Source: Candidatus Heimdallarchaeota archaeon (GTDB lineage: Archaea > Asgardarchaeota > Heimdallarchaeia > Heimdallarchaeales > Heimdallarchaeaceae). From it: a stretch of DNA of 64,000 nucleotides. The stretch is from NCBI GenBank assembly GCA_019057815.1, contig JAHLWR010000011.1:32001-96000 (forward strand), in the 5' to 3' direction. How positions within the stretch are numbered: position 1 is the stretch's first letter; each line of letters starts with the position of its first letter. Both the position numbers and the translations under genes were made by a program. The notes below the pieces were generated by a model, which worked only from the letters and a program-made list of their open reading frames with translations, was not told the DNA's origin and made no database searches. This document shows, piece after piece, positions 47,061-57,580 of this stretch.

Positions 47061-49436
47061 TTATATTGTTCTGTTTATTATTTGATTCATTTTTTCTACT
47101 AACTCCTGCAATAGTGAATAATTGGAAATTCTACTGGTCAAATTTTCTACCACATCATATATGATCTCTGGTTTCTTAATCTTCTCAATGTCAAGCTTTT
47201 CATTGGTTATTTTTTCAATAACATCTTCCAATTTTCCTACTTTCCAAACAAAAATATTCTCTTTAAGTAGTAGTTGAAAGATTTCTTCAAACAATTGCTC
47301 ATCTTGTTCAATATCTAAAAGTGTTTTATCATAAAATTGTTCTAAATCATTGTTGATATTAAATTCACTTGCAATATGTCCTATAGTGGATGATGTGAAT
47401 TTAGGATATTTCTTATCTTCAAGCACTTCATCTCCATGTTTAAAGAAAGCTGAATCACGATCTAGAACAGCTAAAAATTCTGTTTTCAACTGCTTCATTA
47501 ATTTCCAAACAATTGGGAACTGATCTTTACCTCCTAAAATGATAAAATCCCAATTATATTTCTCTAAACCAAAACTTTCACCATATTTTCTATCTAGTTC
47601 TTTGATAAATAGTCTGTCATAGTAACCTTCTACTACTAAAACTCGTTCTGCAAATAACAAAACTGTCACACTATCAATACGTTCAAGGAATTTTGCTGCA
47701 TTTATTTCATTTTTATGGCTTTTTGAAGACAATTTTAATTCTTCAAGTAGAGTTATGTCAAAAGGCAATATTTCTCCCCTGATACACTTCCAAATACTTG
47801 TTTTTTGGAAATCTGTAATGAAATAGGGAGAATGAGTAATTAAAATGAATGTTGGAGTTTCATCTCCTTTAATATTTCCAAATACCTTGTAACTGATTTT
47901 TCTTTGTAGTTGAGGATGTAAAGCACGTGCAGGTTCATCAATAATTATAGTTTTGTCTCCAATTTCGTACAGTGATGTTAGAATCATAAGGGTTTCATAC
48001 GCTCCACTTGGAGCATCTTGTATTTCAATTGGGACGTTTTCCTTTGTGACAAATTGTATAAATGGTTCGCTTTTTATCCAATTACTTCTTATTTTGTCCC
48101 ATTGAACTACACCTTTCGTTTCATTGCCTAATCTTTGAGAACTATAATCTGAATCTTTGACTGTTTCTAAGGTAAGAAATGGTTTTTCATTTTCAATAGT
48201 TGTCTCTGTTTCTTTAACATAAATATCAAATTTCATCTTAAATATATCATTAAAGCTCTTTTGTAAGTAATAAAATCTCTTTCTTACACTTTGCATATGT
48301 GCATTTTTCCAACTATAAAGCAACTTCGAAAGTTTGGGTAATGTGAGATAACTAACACCTAATGAATCTTCTTCAATCAATCCCCTGTGTTCTGGTATAA
48401 TAATTGTTTTAGTTTTGAAGATTTGCTTGATAATATCAAAAAGACTTAATAATTTATCTGAGGAAAACTTATCTTCATATATCTCTTTCAGTTGAGGAAG
48501 TATTTTATGTAATAAATTCTTTGTTTCTCCTATTCCAAATTTTATATCCAATCTAGGAATAGAAATATTCGGAGGATTGGCTAAAGAAAAATGCTCGATT
48601 AATGCTTTTCTTAGAAAATCTGATGATATTATGACATCTTCGTGCTGTAAATAATTGTGGACAAATTTGGGAAAATTGTCAGTTTCTGATCTGTCATTTC
48701 CAATTTTGAGATATTCAGAGTCTAATTTGATGTTCTTTTTTTGCCATTTTAATAAAACACATGTATTAATTCTTGTTACATCTGCCGATAATTTAAATTC
48801 AATATCTTTAAAAATCTCTCCAATAATTTTGTGTGTTTCCTCAAGATGTAAGTAATTCTTGATATTGTTGTAATAATCTTTTCTTAAAATCCCCAAATCA
48901 GGTTCAAAATCTGTTCTTTTGAGTATTTCTTTAACTTCTGAAAAATTATATTGATTAATGTGAGATACTAATAAATTCTTTTTTTCTTCCATTTTTCTAT
49001 CAGAAAACTTTTCATTTTCTGGAATTGCTATTTTTAGAATTGGTTGAAGTTTTTGAAAAATTGTATAGAGCTGATTCTCATCAAATTTATCTATCAAGTT
49101 TTTATAAGTCATATCTCTTAAAGTACCAAATTTATCAGGATTGAAAAGCTCTTTAATCTCTCTATAGATGTTTATGCAGAGGATAGAACCCAGTAATTTT
49201 TGTTCTGCTTTTGAGAGGGTTATTTCCAAAGAAATCTCTATTTCAGGGTCATAAGAGGCTAAATCCAAGGAATAATTATGTAGGCAATTCGCAACTAGTT
49301 GAATTGCCCTTAATACATTAGTTTTTCCTGAACCATTAGGTCCTACAATAAAGCTTAATCCTTTGGAGAAACGAATTGTTTGCACAGTTTCACCATAAGA
49401 TCTGAAATTTTTGATTTTTAGAGAGACAATCCGCAT
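47061..49436 (-). CDS. OLD-family ATP-dependent nuclease (ABC ATPase + TOPRIM)
   Basis: IKNFRS, GPNGSGKT, APSG, IIIDEP and ITHSP; TOPRIM motifs VLVVEGYYD, GGK and LDRD. Confidence 0.9.
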   Translation of the reverse strand: MRIVSLKIKNFRSYGETVQTIRFSKGLSFIVGPNGSGKTNVLRAIQLVANCLHNYSLDLASYDPEIEISLEITLSKAEQKLLGSILCINIYREIKELFNPDKFGTLRDMTYKNLIDKFDENQLYTIFQKLQPILKIAIPENEKFSDRKMEEKKNLLVSHINQYNFSEVKEILKRTDFEPDLGILRKDYYNNIKNYLHLEETHKIIGEIFKDIEFKLSADVTRINTCVLLKWQKKNIKLDSEYLKIGNDRSETDNFPKFVHNYLQHEDVIISSDFLRKALIEHFSLANPPNISIPRLDIKFGIGETKNLLHKILPQLKEIYEDKFSSDKLLSLFDIIKQIFKTKTIIIPEHRGLIEEDSLGVSYLTLPKLSKLLYSWKNAHMQSVRKRFYYLQKSFNDIFKMKFDIYVKETETTIENEKPFLTLETVKDSDYSSQRLGNETKGVVQWDKIRSNWIKSEPFIQFVTKENVPIEIQDAPSGAYETLMILTSLYEIGDKTIIIDEPARALHPQLQRKISYKVFGNIKGDETPTFILITHSPYFITDFQKTSIWKCIRGEILPFDITLLEELKLSSKSHKNEINAAKFLERIDSVTVLLFAERVLVVEGYYDRLFIKELDRKYGESFGLEKYNWDFIILGGKDQFPIVWKLMKQLKTEFLAVLDRDSAFFKHGDEVLEDKKYPKFTSSTIGHIASEFNINNDLEQFYDKTLLDIEQDEQLFEEIFQLLLKENIFVWKVGKLEDVIEKITNEKLDIEKIKKPEIIYDVVENLTSRISNYSLLQELVEKMNQIINRTI

Positions 49437-49691
49437 ATTTTATTAATTCACATTTTATTTTAAAAACTCATTGATTTAAATAAGAAATAAATTTAGAGCT
49501 AAAATAGAATCAGATATTATGTAAAAAAATCTGCATTTTACTAGAGATTTGATTAGTAAATTGTTTTTTCTATAGTATGATCGAAACTGTTTTTTTTCGT
49601 AGATGAATCTTAAATAATATTATAGAAAAATTGTTATCAAACACAAGTTTGTCTTTCCTGATTATTATACTTCTTAAATTAATAAAGCAGC

Positions 49692-51674
49692 TCATACATC
49701 ATAACAGTATTTATGCAATTCTTTCTGAAAATATCTCATTTTCTTTAATAAATTTTTATTTCCAAATTTTTTTTGATATAGTATTTCAAAATCTTGAAAA
49801 TTTAGAATAGATATTTCACCACTAATTTCCTGTCTCTTTAATATTTTTTTTATTTCACTACTTATTTTCACATAATTGTCAGTTCCAAGTTCTTTATCTT
49901 CTCCTTTAAAATCTAGGTCTAAATAATGAGCTTCAAACTTTAAATGACTGTTCTTATTTAATCCAAATTTTTTCTTTAACATATTTCTCTTTCTTTTCAA
50001 TTTCTTATATCTATCAATGAATGCTGCAAAATCTTCTAGTGATAAATTTTCTCGTTTTAAGTTTAGTTTTGCTTCTACATAAATCACTCCATAGTAATTA
50101 TCATTTTCTTCTATGATGATAGAGTCGAATTCATTATTAGCAATCTCACAATTCGGGTATACTGTTCTATTTTTTGAGGAATAATAAGAAAATACAATAG
50201 TTTCATTGAGCGTGGGTAGAATATGTAAAGATAATTTTGATAGATTTTTTAATTCATTTTCTAAATTTATTATCTTCTTATCCCTTAAAAATTCCCGGTA
50301 TTTAGATTCTGGTATATGAAATATCTTAACTGTGTTTGTATCATCAATAGTACTTACTATTTTTTGTATTTCCCAGAATGGTTCCAAACTTGATATCCCG
50401 TCTCCTAACCAATTACAGCCTATATAGCTGGTTACTGCATAGTGAGAAGCGTCAGTAAAGAAAGAACCATATCCTGAAATGAAAAATCCAAATGAAATTA
50501 GATAAGAATCCTCTGGATTTGTTTCATCCTTTAATTTCACAAGAAACTTTTTTGAAACTTCACGTATTTCATTTTTTCTAGAATTCATTGAAGAAAGAAT
50601 AACTATCATTTGAGGATTAGGAGGAAGGTCGATTCCATTTTTTATCAACCACATTAAATTATTACTAAATATTCGTAAATATGACAGTGCTGTAAATGGG
50701 TGTTTTGTTAAAAGTCTTGACTCATAGAGATAAAAGAGTTGAGAAACATCTCTATTTGTTTTATGATCGGGAATATGCCTAATTTCCTCAGATAAATTTA
50801 CAATGGGAAGATCCTGTATTTCACAATTAATAACACCTTTGTACCCTGTAGTGCATTGATTTCTTTTGAGACCATCTGATATTTTATTAAAAAAACTATC
50901 AAGAGTTCTTTCATAAATACAATCAAAATCAAATATCTCTCTATCCCAAGAATTTACATTTTGTATTTTTGTTAAAATCTCATTTGATACAAATATTTTA
51001 TGAAAGAATTTCTTTCCTAATGTGCATTCCCAAAAATATAACATCGAAAGAACATATCCTTTTAATGGATTTGAATTTCTAATTTCTTCTTTTGGTAAAG
51101 GACGATTTTCTTCAAACATCGTCCCATAACAGTTTCTTACATTTCTGATATCATTGAAATATGCTAGAACTAAATTTGAGTAGTAGTGGTTATTATTATT
51201 AAAATTGAAGTTTTTTATTGAACTGAAATAAATTTTCTCCAACGCATAGTGAACTTCTTCAAAAACAAGGTATAGTTCTTTACAGATAACACCAATTTGA
51301 TTTAATTTGTTTGATTTCCTTATATCTCTTGCATAGTTCAAAACTAACGTAATGAGTTTATTATGCTCAGAATTAGAAAATTCTTTTAGTTTCTCCAAAG
51401 AATAACCTGCAGATAAAGCTCTATGAATTAAAAAATCATCCTTAACACCGAATATATCAGGATAGACAAGAATGAAATCAATTATTTTTTTCAAAATAAT
51501 AAGTAATATAATCTTATGACCTAGTAGAAGTTTATTCTGACTAAAATCTGGAAATAAATCATAACGATTTCTAAATTTCTGCATTTCATCAATATTAACA
51601 GACCATTTTAATGCTATTAAATACCACAAATTAAAGGGTAATTGAATTTCACATGTAATTGTTTTTCTAACCAT
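49692..51674 (-). CDS. Hypothetical protein with C-terminal PD-(D/E)xK restriction-endonuclease-like domain
   Basis: LNETIV...NEFDSIII...IYVEAK. Confidence 0.6.
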   Translation of the reverse strand: MVRKTITCEIQLPFNLWYLIALKWSVNIDEMQKFRNRYDLFPDFSQNKLLLGHKIILLIILKKIIDFILVYPDIFGVKDDFLIHRALSAGYSLEKLKEFSNSEHNKLITLVLNYARDIRKSNKLNQIGVICKELYLVFEEVHYALEKIYFSSIKNFNFNNNNHYYSNLVLAYFNDIRNVRNCYGTMFEENRPLPKEEIRNSNPLKGYVLSMLYFWECTLGKKFFHKIFVSNEILTKIQNVNSWDREIFDFDCIYERTLDSFFNKISDGLKRNQCTTGYKGVINCEIQDLPIVNLSEEIRHIPDHKTNRDVSQLFYLYESRLLTKHPFTALSYLRIFSNNLMWLIKNGIDLPPNPQMIVILSSMNSRKNEIREVSKKFLVKLKDETNPEDSYLISFGFFISGYGSFFTDASHYAVTSYIGCNWLGDGISSLEPFWEIQKIVSTIDDTNTVKIFHIPESKYREFLRDKKIINLENELKNLSKLSLHILPTLNETIVFSYYSSKNRTVYPNCEIANNEFDSIIIEENDNYYGVIYVEAKLNLKRENLSLEDFAAFIDRYKKLKRKRNMLKKKFGLNKNSHLKFEAHYLDLDFKGEDKELGTDNYVKISSEIKKILKRQEISGEISILNFQDFEILYQKKFGNKNLLKKMRYFQKELHKYCYDV

Positions 51675-51789
51675 AAAAACACTTCTACTGCTTTTACTTT
51701 TTTTTAATATTTAATAGATTTTTCTTTTCTTTTATTAAGAATGAATGGTTGTTAAAGAAAAAATTATTTCAACGATAATTTAGTGTAAG

Positions 51790-52383
51790 TATTTAGGTTC
51801 CATTGACACTATGCTTCTAGATCTAGGGTATGTTGAAATTGGTAAATATCTAAATCTACCAACTCATGCATATCTAGGACTTTCTGATGCTAAAATTCTA
51901 GACACTCAAACAGGTTTTGAGACAGGAATGGGAGCACTGTTAGCGGGTATTAAAGGAGTGAACATGATTTCTGGTGCAGGAATGATAGATTTTGAAACAA
52001 CGCAAAGTATTCAGAAAGTAATCATAGATGATGAAATATGTGGAATGGTTTACAAGTTTATCGGAGGTATTACTCAAAGAGATGAACCAATAGCCAAAAA
52101 CTTACTAAAAGAATTAACAGAAACCACAACTCATCTATTATCACATGACCATACTCTTAAGTGGTTTAGAAAAGAATTGCACATTCCTAGTTCAATTATC
52201 GATCGTTCTACGAAAGAAGAATGGGCTAATAAAGGTAGAAAAACTACAGCAGAAAGAGCAAAAGAACAAGTAGAAAAATTGCTCAAAAAGTACTCTAGTA
52301 CAAAGTTAGATAAGGATGTTATTGATGATTTATCAGAAATAATGGAATACAAAAACTATAATTTCAAAAACCTTTTGCTTTAA
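51790..52383 (+). pseudogene. 5'-truncated second copy of the mttB-family gene (C-terminal ~195 codons, frame open)
   Basis: YLGSIDTMLLDLGYVEIGKYLNLPTH... aligns with 43225-43818. An in-frame TAG lies just upstream. Confidence 0.88.
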
Positions 52384-52691
52384 TTGAATTGAAATTAATA
52401 AAGAAAAACATGACCTAAAACCTTGTAATCACCTCTAGAGGGTATGGGCGTACAAAAGAAAGGTGTATCAGAGGAAAAGGCAGAGTAAAGTCGTGAGTTT
52501 ATTGGTCAACTTGCGGTCATAAATAGTGAGGGGAGGGAGCTGGATTAAAACAAACTAGAGAAAATAGTTGAACCAAGTTGTAGCTTTATTGAATATATGA
52601 ATTGCTATTTGCTTTTATCATTATCACATATGCTTGAATCTCACTCTTTAGAAGAACCAATGATAAATCCTCAGGCATGGAAATTTCAGTT

Positions 52692-53735
52692 TTAATATAG
52701 TATTTTCCTCCTTACTACATACTTATCTTTGTTAGAATGTTTTACTTTTCTTCTAGAACTCTTGAATACTAAAAGAATTACAAAAGAAAAGATTAACGTA
52801 GATAATTGCCAAGAAGAATCCACAGGACCTTCACTTATAACATGACAAATGCTTTCCACATACCATAAACGTTCCATCATACTATAAAGAATGAAATAGT
52901 TCTTAAATTGCTGATTTCTGTCTATATTTTGAGTGTAATTTATATGTATATTATAGTGTATACAAGCATCATAAAAAGTATCTTCAGGACTACCATAATC
53001 ATCGAAGTATGCATATGCTTCAATTTCTATTGTTCTATCTACAAAACCAGTTAAATCATTAATAACTAGTTCTCTGAATTGAGTGTTTTTGACCCATGAG
53101 GAATCATTCCTTATCCATGGAGAAGCTATTAAACCATCCAATTCCTTGCAGACATAATTATTAGTATTGTTAAATGTATGACCAGTGTGTATTCCCATAA
53201 AAATAATAGCGTTATAAATTAAGGTATTTTCAAAAGCCATTGCAGAAATATCAAAAACAGGGAAGGAAACATTTTCTACATACCAGAAAGTCGCATTATT
53301 CAGAGAAATGAAAGAGAAAAGGCTTTGAATTGCATTTTCACTGTTCTTAATTTCTGTATTTAGAAGAAAATAAATTTCCCCTGGTAGAAAGGATCTATTA
53401 ATGGAATAGAAGTAGATTTCATCAAGGTTATCTATTGAATCTACTGCAGGTTGAAGATCATTTTGTATCATCTCAAGAAGAGCGAAATTCACTTCCCAAT
53501 TATCTGTAGTAGCATTAAAAACTAGAACTTGCGCACTTATATTTCCATTTGTCTTATTGTTTAGCGCTAAATCCAGCAAATTATACACGGGATAGCATTG
53601 ATTACTAGGATCGATTTTTTCACTGAAAGAGCTACCAAATACGCTATTTGGATGTACATTCAGTATAAGAATTGAAATGAAAGTTACAAGGAGTATTTTC
53701 TTGTTTTTATGGAACAACATATATTTACCACCCAA
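52692..53735 (-). CDS. Secreted protein with C-terminal membrane anchor
   Basis: Signal peptide, SSW + TM + basic tail. Its start overlaps the upstream peptidase stop. Confidence 0.7.
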   Translation of the reverse strand: MGGKYMLFHKNKKILLVTFISILILNVHPNSVFGSSFSEKIDPSNQCYPVYNLLDLALNNKTNGNISAQVLVFNATTDNWEVNFALLEMIQNDLQPAVDSIDNLDEIYFYSINRSFLPGEIYFLLNTEIKNSENAIQSLFSFISLNNATFWYVENVSFPVFDISAMAFENTLIYNAIIFMGIHTGHTFNNTNNYVCKELDGLIASPWIRNDSSWVKNTQFRELVINDLTGFVDRTIEIEAYAYFDDYGSPEDTFYDACIHYNIHINYTQNIDRNQQFKNYFILYSMMERLWYVESICHVISEGPVDSSWQLSTLIFSFVILLVFKSSRRKVKHSNKDKYVVRRKILY

Positions 53736-54819
53736 CTAGATAAAGACTTTGAGCTAAATTATAGTGATATTGAGGATTTTGATAACCTTGAGTTTTAGCT
53801 ATAGTATCTATATATGCGTACAAATAAGCATCGTAAGTTGATTTTACTCCTAAAAGTTCGGTATAAAGATATAAAAGGAAATATGAACTAACTTCACGAA
53901 TTTTTGTTTCAATTGACCAGTAAGACCGATAACCACCGGTCTCACCAAGGGAATTCTCATCATCTTGACAGGATGTCATAATGTGATGATTATTTGAAAG
54001 CTGAGATAATTCATCAATGAAAATACCGCTATGGCAAGCACTAACAATAACAATGAGATTATTGCTCTCAAAGACACTTAACGGGCTTGCTAGTTCGCTT
54101 GGAGAAAGCCAATGATTACCAAACCATCCATAAGTACATTTTATTCCATTCCAAATAGAGGATCCGTGACTAGAAATTAAGATCACTACAATATCATCAG
54201 ATGTTTCGTATGCAGCAAGTTCGCGGATTTTATCATCAACATCATCATCATCCCAATGAAATGAATGATAACTATATCCGGGGATATATTTCGCATATCC
54301 TGGTTCTTGGAGAAGATCTTCTAATGGTAGAACATTACTCTGCCAGTATTCCAAGCTTGGATCATCATCATATCCGAAACCAACAAAGTGACACAACACA
54401 GGATTTACCGTGAATTCTACACTTTCAATTATGGTACTACCCCTCCCACCCTTCATCATGCCTAGAGGTACTAATCCACTAGCTTTCGCTGTCACAGTAA
54501 AAGTATGCACTCCTCGACCATATCTACTGATGAAAAGATTAACATCATAAAATATATTTACCCCTACAAGCTTTAAACCTGGGTCAGATTGTCCATCTAT
54601 GAATGTTGAATACGATTGATACCCACCTAATATTCTGAAATAAAATTCAATACACTCATGATTTAGTAAATGATCAAAATCTTGTCCTTGCTGTGGTTTG
54701 TATATCACAATAGTAGTTACTGCGAATACTTCTGTGATTAAGATTGAATTAAACACTAAACAGGCTATAATTAATGAAAAAAACACATTTTGCTTTCTGT
54801 TCTTCATATTATTTTTCAA
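53725..54819 (-). CDS. Secreted clan CD (C13 legumain-like/caspase-like) cysteine peptidase
   Basis: Signal peptide; ILISSHGS (His), IVSACHSG (Cys) and IMTSC..DENS; C-terminal QNPQ. Confidence 0.8.
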   Translation of the reverse strand: MKNNMKNRKQNVFFSLIIACLVFNSILITEVFAVTTIVIYKPQQGQDFDHLLNHECIEFYFRILGGYQSYSTFIDGQSDPGLKLVGVNIFYDVNLFISRYGRGVHTFTVTAKASGLVPLGMMKGGRGSTIIESVEFTVNPVLCHFVGFGYDDDPSLEYWQSNVLPLEDLLQEPGYAKYIPGYSYHSFHWDDDDVDDKIRELAAYETSDDIVVILISSHGSSIWNGIKCTYGWFGNHWLSPSELASPLSVFESNNLIVIVSACHSGIFIDELSQLSNNHHIMTSCQDDENSLGETGGYRSYWSIETKIREVSSYFLLYLYTELLGVKSTYDAYLYAYIDTIAKTQGYQNPQYHYNLAQSLYLVGW

Positions 54820-54973
54820 CTAACCTTTTGTTTAAACGTATCGTTTTGCATTTATAAATACTGTGCTTTTTCTCCCAATTGTTACCTCCACCTACATTGG
54901 TGACAGTTAGATAAGAGAGTTTACCATGGGTATGTGAACAAACATTAACCCAACTAGTAACCCAATACTTATA

Positions 54974-55297
54974 ATGAAACGAATAGTTAAGAAGACTTTG
55001 AAACGAACACCTATCACTCACTTTGCTAGACAGTACATGGTCTCAAGGAAGTTCATCTACAAATGGCTCAGGCGACATCATGAGTGTTCTAATAGGATAT
55101 GGTGGGAAAAAAGCTCGAGACGACCAAGAGGAATAAAGAGGAAGATCACCCCTACTATAAGAGAGAAGATCATCAACTTAAGAAGAGCGTACTGTTTGAA
55201 CATTATGCAGAGTGAGCAGTGGTTCAAGAGGAAGGGGTTGGTGCTCTCACATATAACCATCTGGAAAACCCTTCAGCAAGAAGGAGAACAAGCCTAG
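54974..55297 (+). pseudogene. Transposase N-terminal HTH fragment (IS481-like)
   Basis: ARQYMVSRKFIYKWLRR...SSRRP...IINLRR...LSHITIWKTL; stops before any DDE domain. Confidence 0.7.
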
Positions 55298-55344
55298 AGA
55301 AAGAAGTCTTATAAGAAGAACGCTTGGAAAAGGTTCAAGCGACT

Positions 55345-55587
55345 CTATAACGACAAGGGAAGTTTTGCTGGTAAGTTCCTCCATACTATCTCCTCCAGTC
55401 GATCAATAACAAATAAAATAACAATTACCCATCCTTGACCACATAGTGTTGCTCCTCCCCTTGATTTGTCTGGTAGAGATGGTTCAGGGAATCTAAGTCT
55501 AACATAATCCATATTTAGTTTAATAAACTCTTTAACATTCTGAGGGGCGAGTTTTTGTAACAACATACTTTCTAATTTGATACTCAC
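55345..55587 (-). pseudogene. Probable N-terminal fragment of the element's own transposase
   Basis: Starts just inside the right terminal repeat and is truncated by the IS481-like fragment. Family not recognised. Confidence 0.4.
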
Positions 55588-55758
55588 TTCTTAGTCTCTT
55601 CAGTCTTTACGTTAATTTCCCCTTTTCTCCGACAAAACGCTCTTTCTCCCTTAGAGAAGCTATAAGTCTACTCGGACTAGTTTTGGGACATTCTTAAAGA
55701 AAAGAAAGGAAAAATATCTAAAGAAAGTCAGTTATAAAAAGGATAGGAATTGAAGAGT

Positions 55759-57576
55759 TTATATCAGCTTTGCAGCCTTTTCTACATATTCTAGTGATTG
55801 ATGTCTGAAATACATATCATATAACTGCCAATATTTTCCTTTCATTTCCATCAATTGTTTATGACTTCCTTCTTCCACAACTTTAGCATCATCTATGACT
55901 ATTATCCTATCAGCATTTTCAACAGTAGTTAATCTGTGGGCAATGATTATGGATGTTCGGTTTTCTAAAAGAACTTTCAACGCTTCCTGTATCAATGATT
56001 CTGTATATGCATCTATTGCTGCAGTTGCTTCATCAAGAATCAGAATCTTTGGATCAGAAAGTAAAGCTCTTGCAAAAGCTATTAGTTGCTTCTGTCCTGC
56101 TGATAATTTAGTACCTTGTTCTCCTACTTCCGTATCCAAACCTTTTGGAAGACTTTGGATAAACTCCCATGCATAAACGTTTTTTGCTGATTGAATAATT
56201 TCTTCTTTTGTCGCATCTAACTTCCCATATCGAATATTTTCCTCAATAGTTCCACTAAATAGAATATTATCTTGTAAAACAACCCCAATTTGGTTTCTAT
56301 ATTCAAGCATCTTATACTCCTTGATATCAACATTATCAACTAGTATTCTACCACTTTGAACATCATAGAATCGTGTCAGAAGAGAAACTAAAGTACTTTT
56401 TCCAGCACCTGTTCTACCCACAACAGCAACAACTTCCCCTGCAGGTATATCAAGTTTAAAGTTATCATACAGAGGTTCATTTGGGTTATAGTAAAATGTC
56501 ATGTTGTCGAATATTATTTCCCCTCTCAATTCTTTTACTGCAACGGGATTATCAGCTTCTACAACAGTAGGATTACTATCCATCAGACTGAAGATTCTTT
56601 CTACTGCAGCTAGACCTGCTTCAAATTGATTAAAGAATCTTGTAATTTCCAGCAAAGGCATGAAGAAGCGGTTTAGCATCAGGACAAAGAAGTAAAGAGT
56701 AGCAACATCCATAGCACCTAGAGTAAATGTCATTTTACCTCCAAAATAGAGGACTAGAAATGTTCCAACACCGAAAATTGTTTCGATTACTGGAAAGAAA
56801 ATACTCATACCCCAAGCTCTTACATAAGCTGCTCTATAATTATTAGTGTTAATTTCTTGAAATCTTTCATACGCTTCTTTTTCTTGATTGAAGCTCTTTG
56901 TTACTTCAATTCCTGAAATTGATTCAGCAACATTTGCATTAAGAATAGCTATTGTTTTGCGCCAGTTTTTTGAAGTTCTACGTGAGAATAAACGAATACC
57001 AATACCTATACCAAAAAGGAAAGGAACCACAGCTATTGTTATCAAAGATAATTTTACATTTGTTACAAATAGAAGTATAATCACTACAACCATTACTAAA
57101 ATATTAATTAAGAAAGATGTTGTCAACTGAACCATTTGAGAAACAGTATCTGTATCGCTTGTTACTCTACTAACGAGCTTACCACTTTTGTTTTCATCAT
57201 AAAACTTCATGTCATTACGCAGGAGAGTTTCAAAACTATCTTTACGAATCTGGAGAAGCATTTCTCCCATAAGAATTGAACTCCTGTAAAGAGCTCTATA
57301 CTGTGCAAACCAAGCTAAACCATAAAGCAGAGCAATAGATGTAGCTTCAATATAGAAAACAGCATTGAAAGCACTTTCTTGCACACCTTGGATTACAATC
57401 TTGATAACATAAGGAATAGAAATACTGGCACTTGTTTGAATTATCATCCATGTGACAATAATCGTGAAAGATTTCATATCATGCTTCCCGATATACCCAA
57501 ACAGTCTTTTGAATAGGTAAATATCACCATATTTACGGTCGTACTTCTCATCAGGTAGCTCACTAATAAAACCCAT
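55759..57576 (-). CDS. ABC exporter, TMD+NBD (heterodimer subunit B)
   Basis: GRTGAGKST, LSAGQKQ and ILDEATA motifs. Confidence 0.93.
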   Translation of the reverse strand: MGFISELPDEKYDRKYGDIYLFKRLFGYIGKHDMKSFTIIVTWMIIQTSASISIPYVIKIVIQGVQESAFNAVFYIEATSIALLYGLAWFAQYRALYRSSILMGEMLLQIRKDSFETLLRNDMKFYDENKSGKLVSRVTSDTDTVSQMVQLTTSFLINILVMVVVIILLFVTNVKLSLITIAVVPFLFGIGIGIRLFSRRTSKNWRKTIAILNANVAESISGIEVTKSFNQEKEAYERFQEINTNNYRAAYVRAWGMSIFFPVIETIFGVGTFLVLYFGGKMTFTLGAMDVATLYFFVLMLNRFFMPLLEITRFFNQFEAGLAAVERIFSLMDSNPTVVEADNPVAVKELRGEIIFDNMTFYYNPNEPLYDNFKLDIPAGEVVAVVGRTGAGKSTLVSLLTRFYDVQSGRILVDNVDIKEYKMLEYRNQIGVVLQDNILFSGTIEENIRYGKLDATKEEIIQSAKNVYAWEFIQSLPKGLDTEVGEQGTKLSAGQKQLIAFARALLSDPKILILDEATAAIDAYTESLIQEALKVLLENRTSIIIAHRLTTVENADRIIVIDDAKVVEEGSHKQLMEMKGKYWQLYDMYFRHQSLEYVEKAAKLI

Positions 57577-57580
57577 TTTA

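Larger units (their letters stand above)
43225..51796. mobile_element. Putative genomic island inserted in the mttB-family gene
   Basis: Homology between the two mttB 3' copies begins at TATTTAG (43225 and 51790). Four AT-rich minus-strand genes lie between them. No integrase seen. Confidence 0.55.
52408..55693. mobile_element. Degenerate IS/composite element bounded by the same ends as the 40299 MITE, carrying two cargo genes
   Basis: 52408-52503 matches the MITE left half and 55615-55693 matches the right half. Transposase-like remnants lie inside. Confidence 0.65.

Noticed and set aside
47061-49436. Gabija system
   Set aside because: No adjacent UvrD-like GajB gene.
51765-51796. dif/Xer site at the island boundary
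   Set aside because: Only a weak resemblance to a dif arm; no convincing 11-6-11 dyad.
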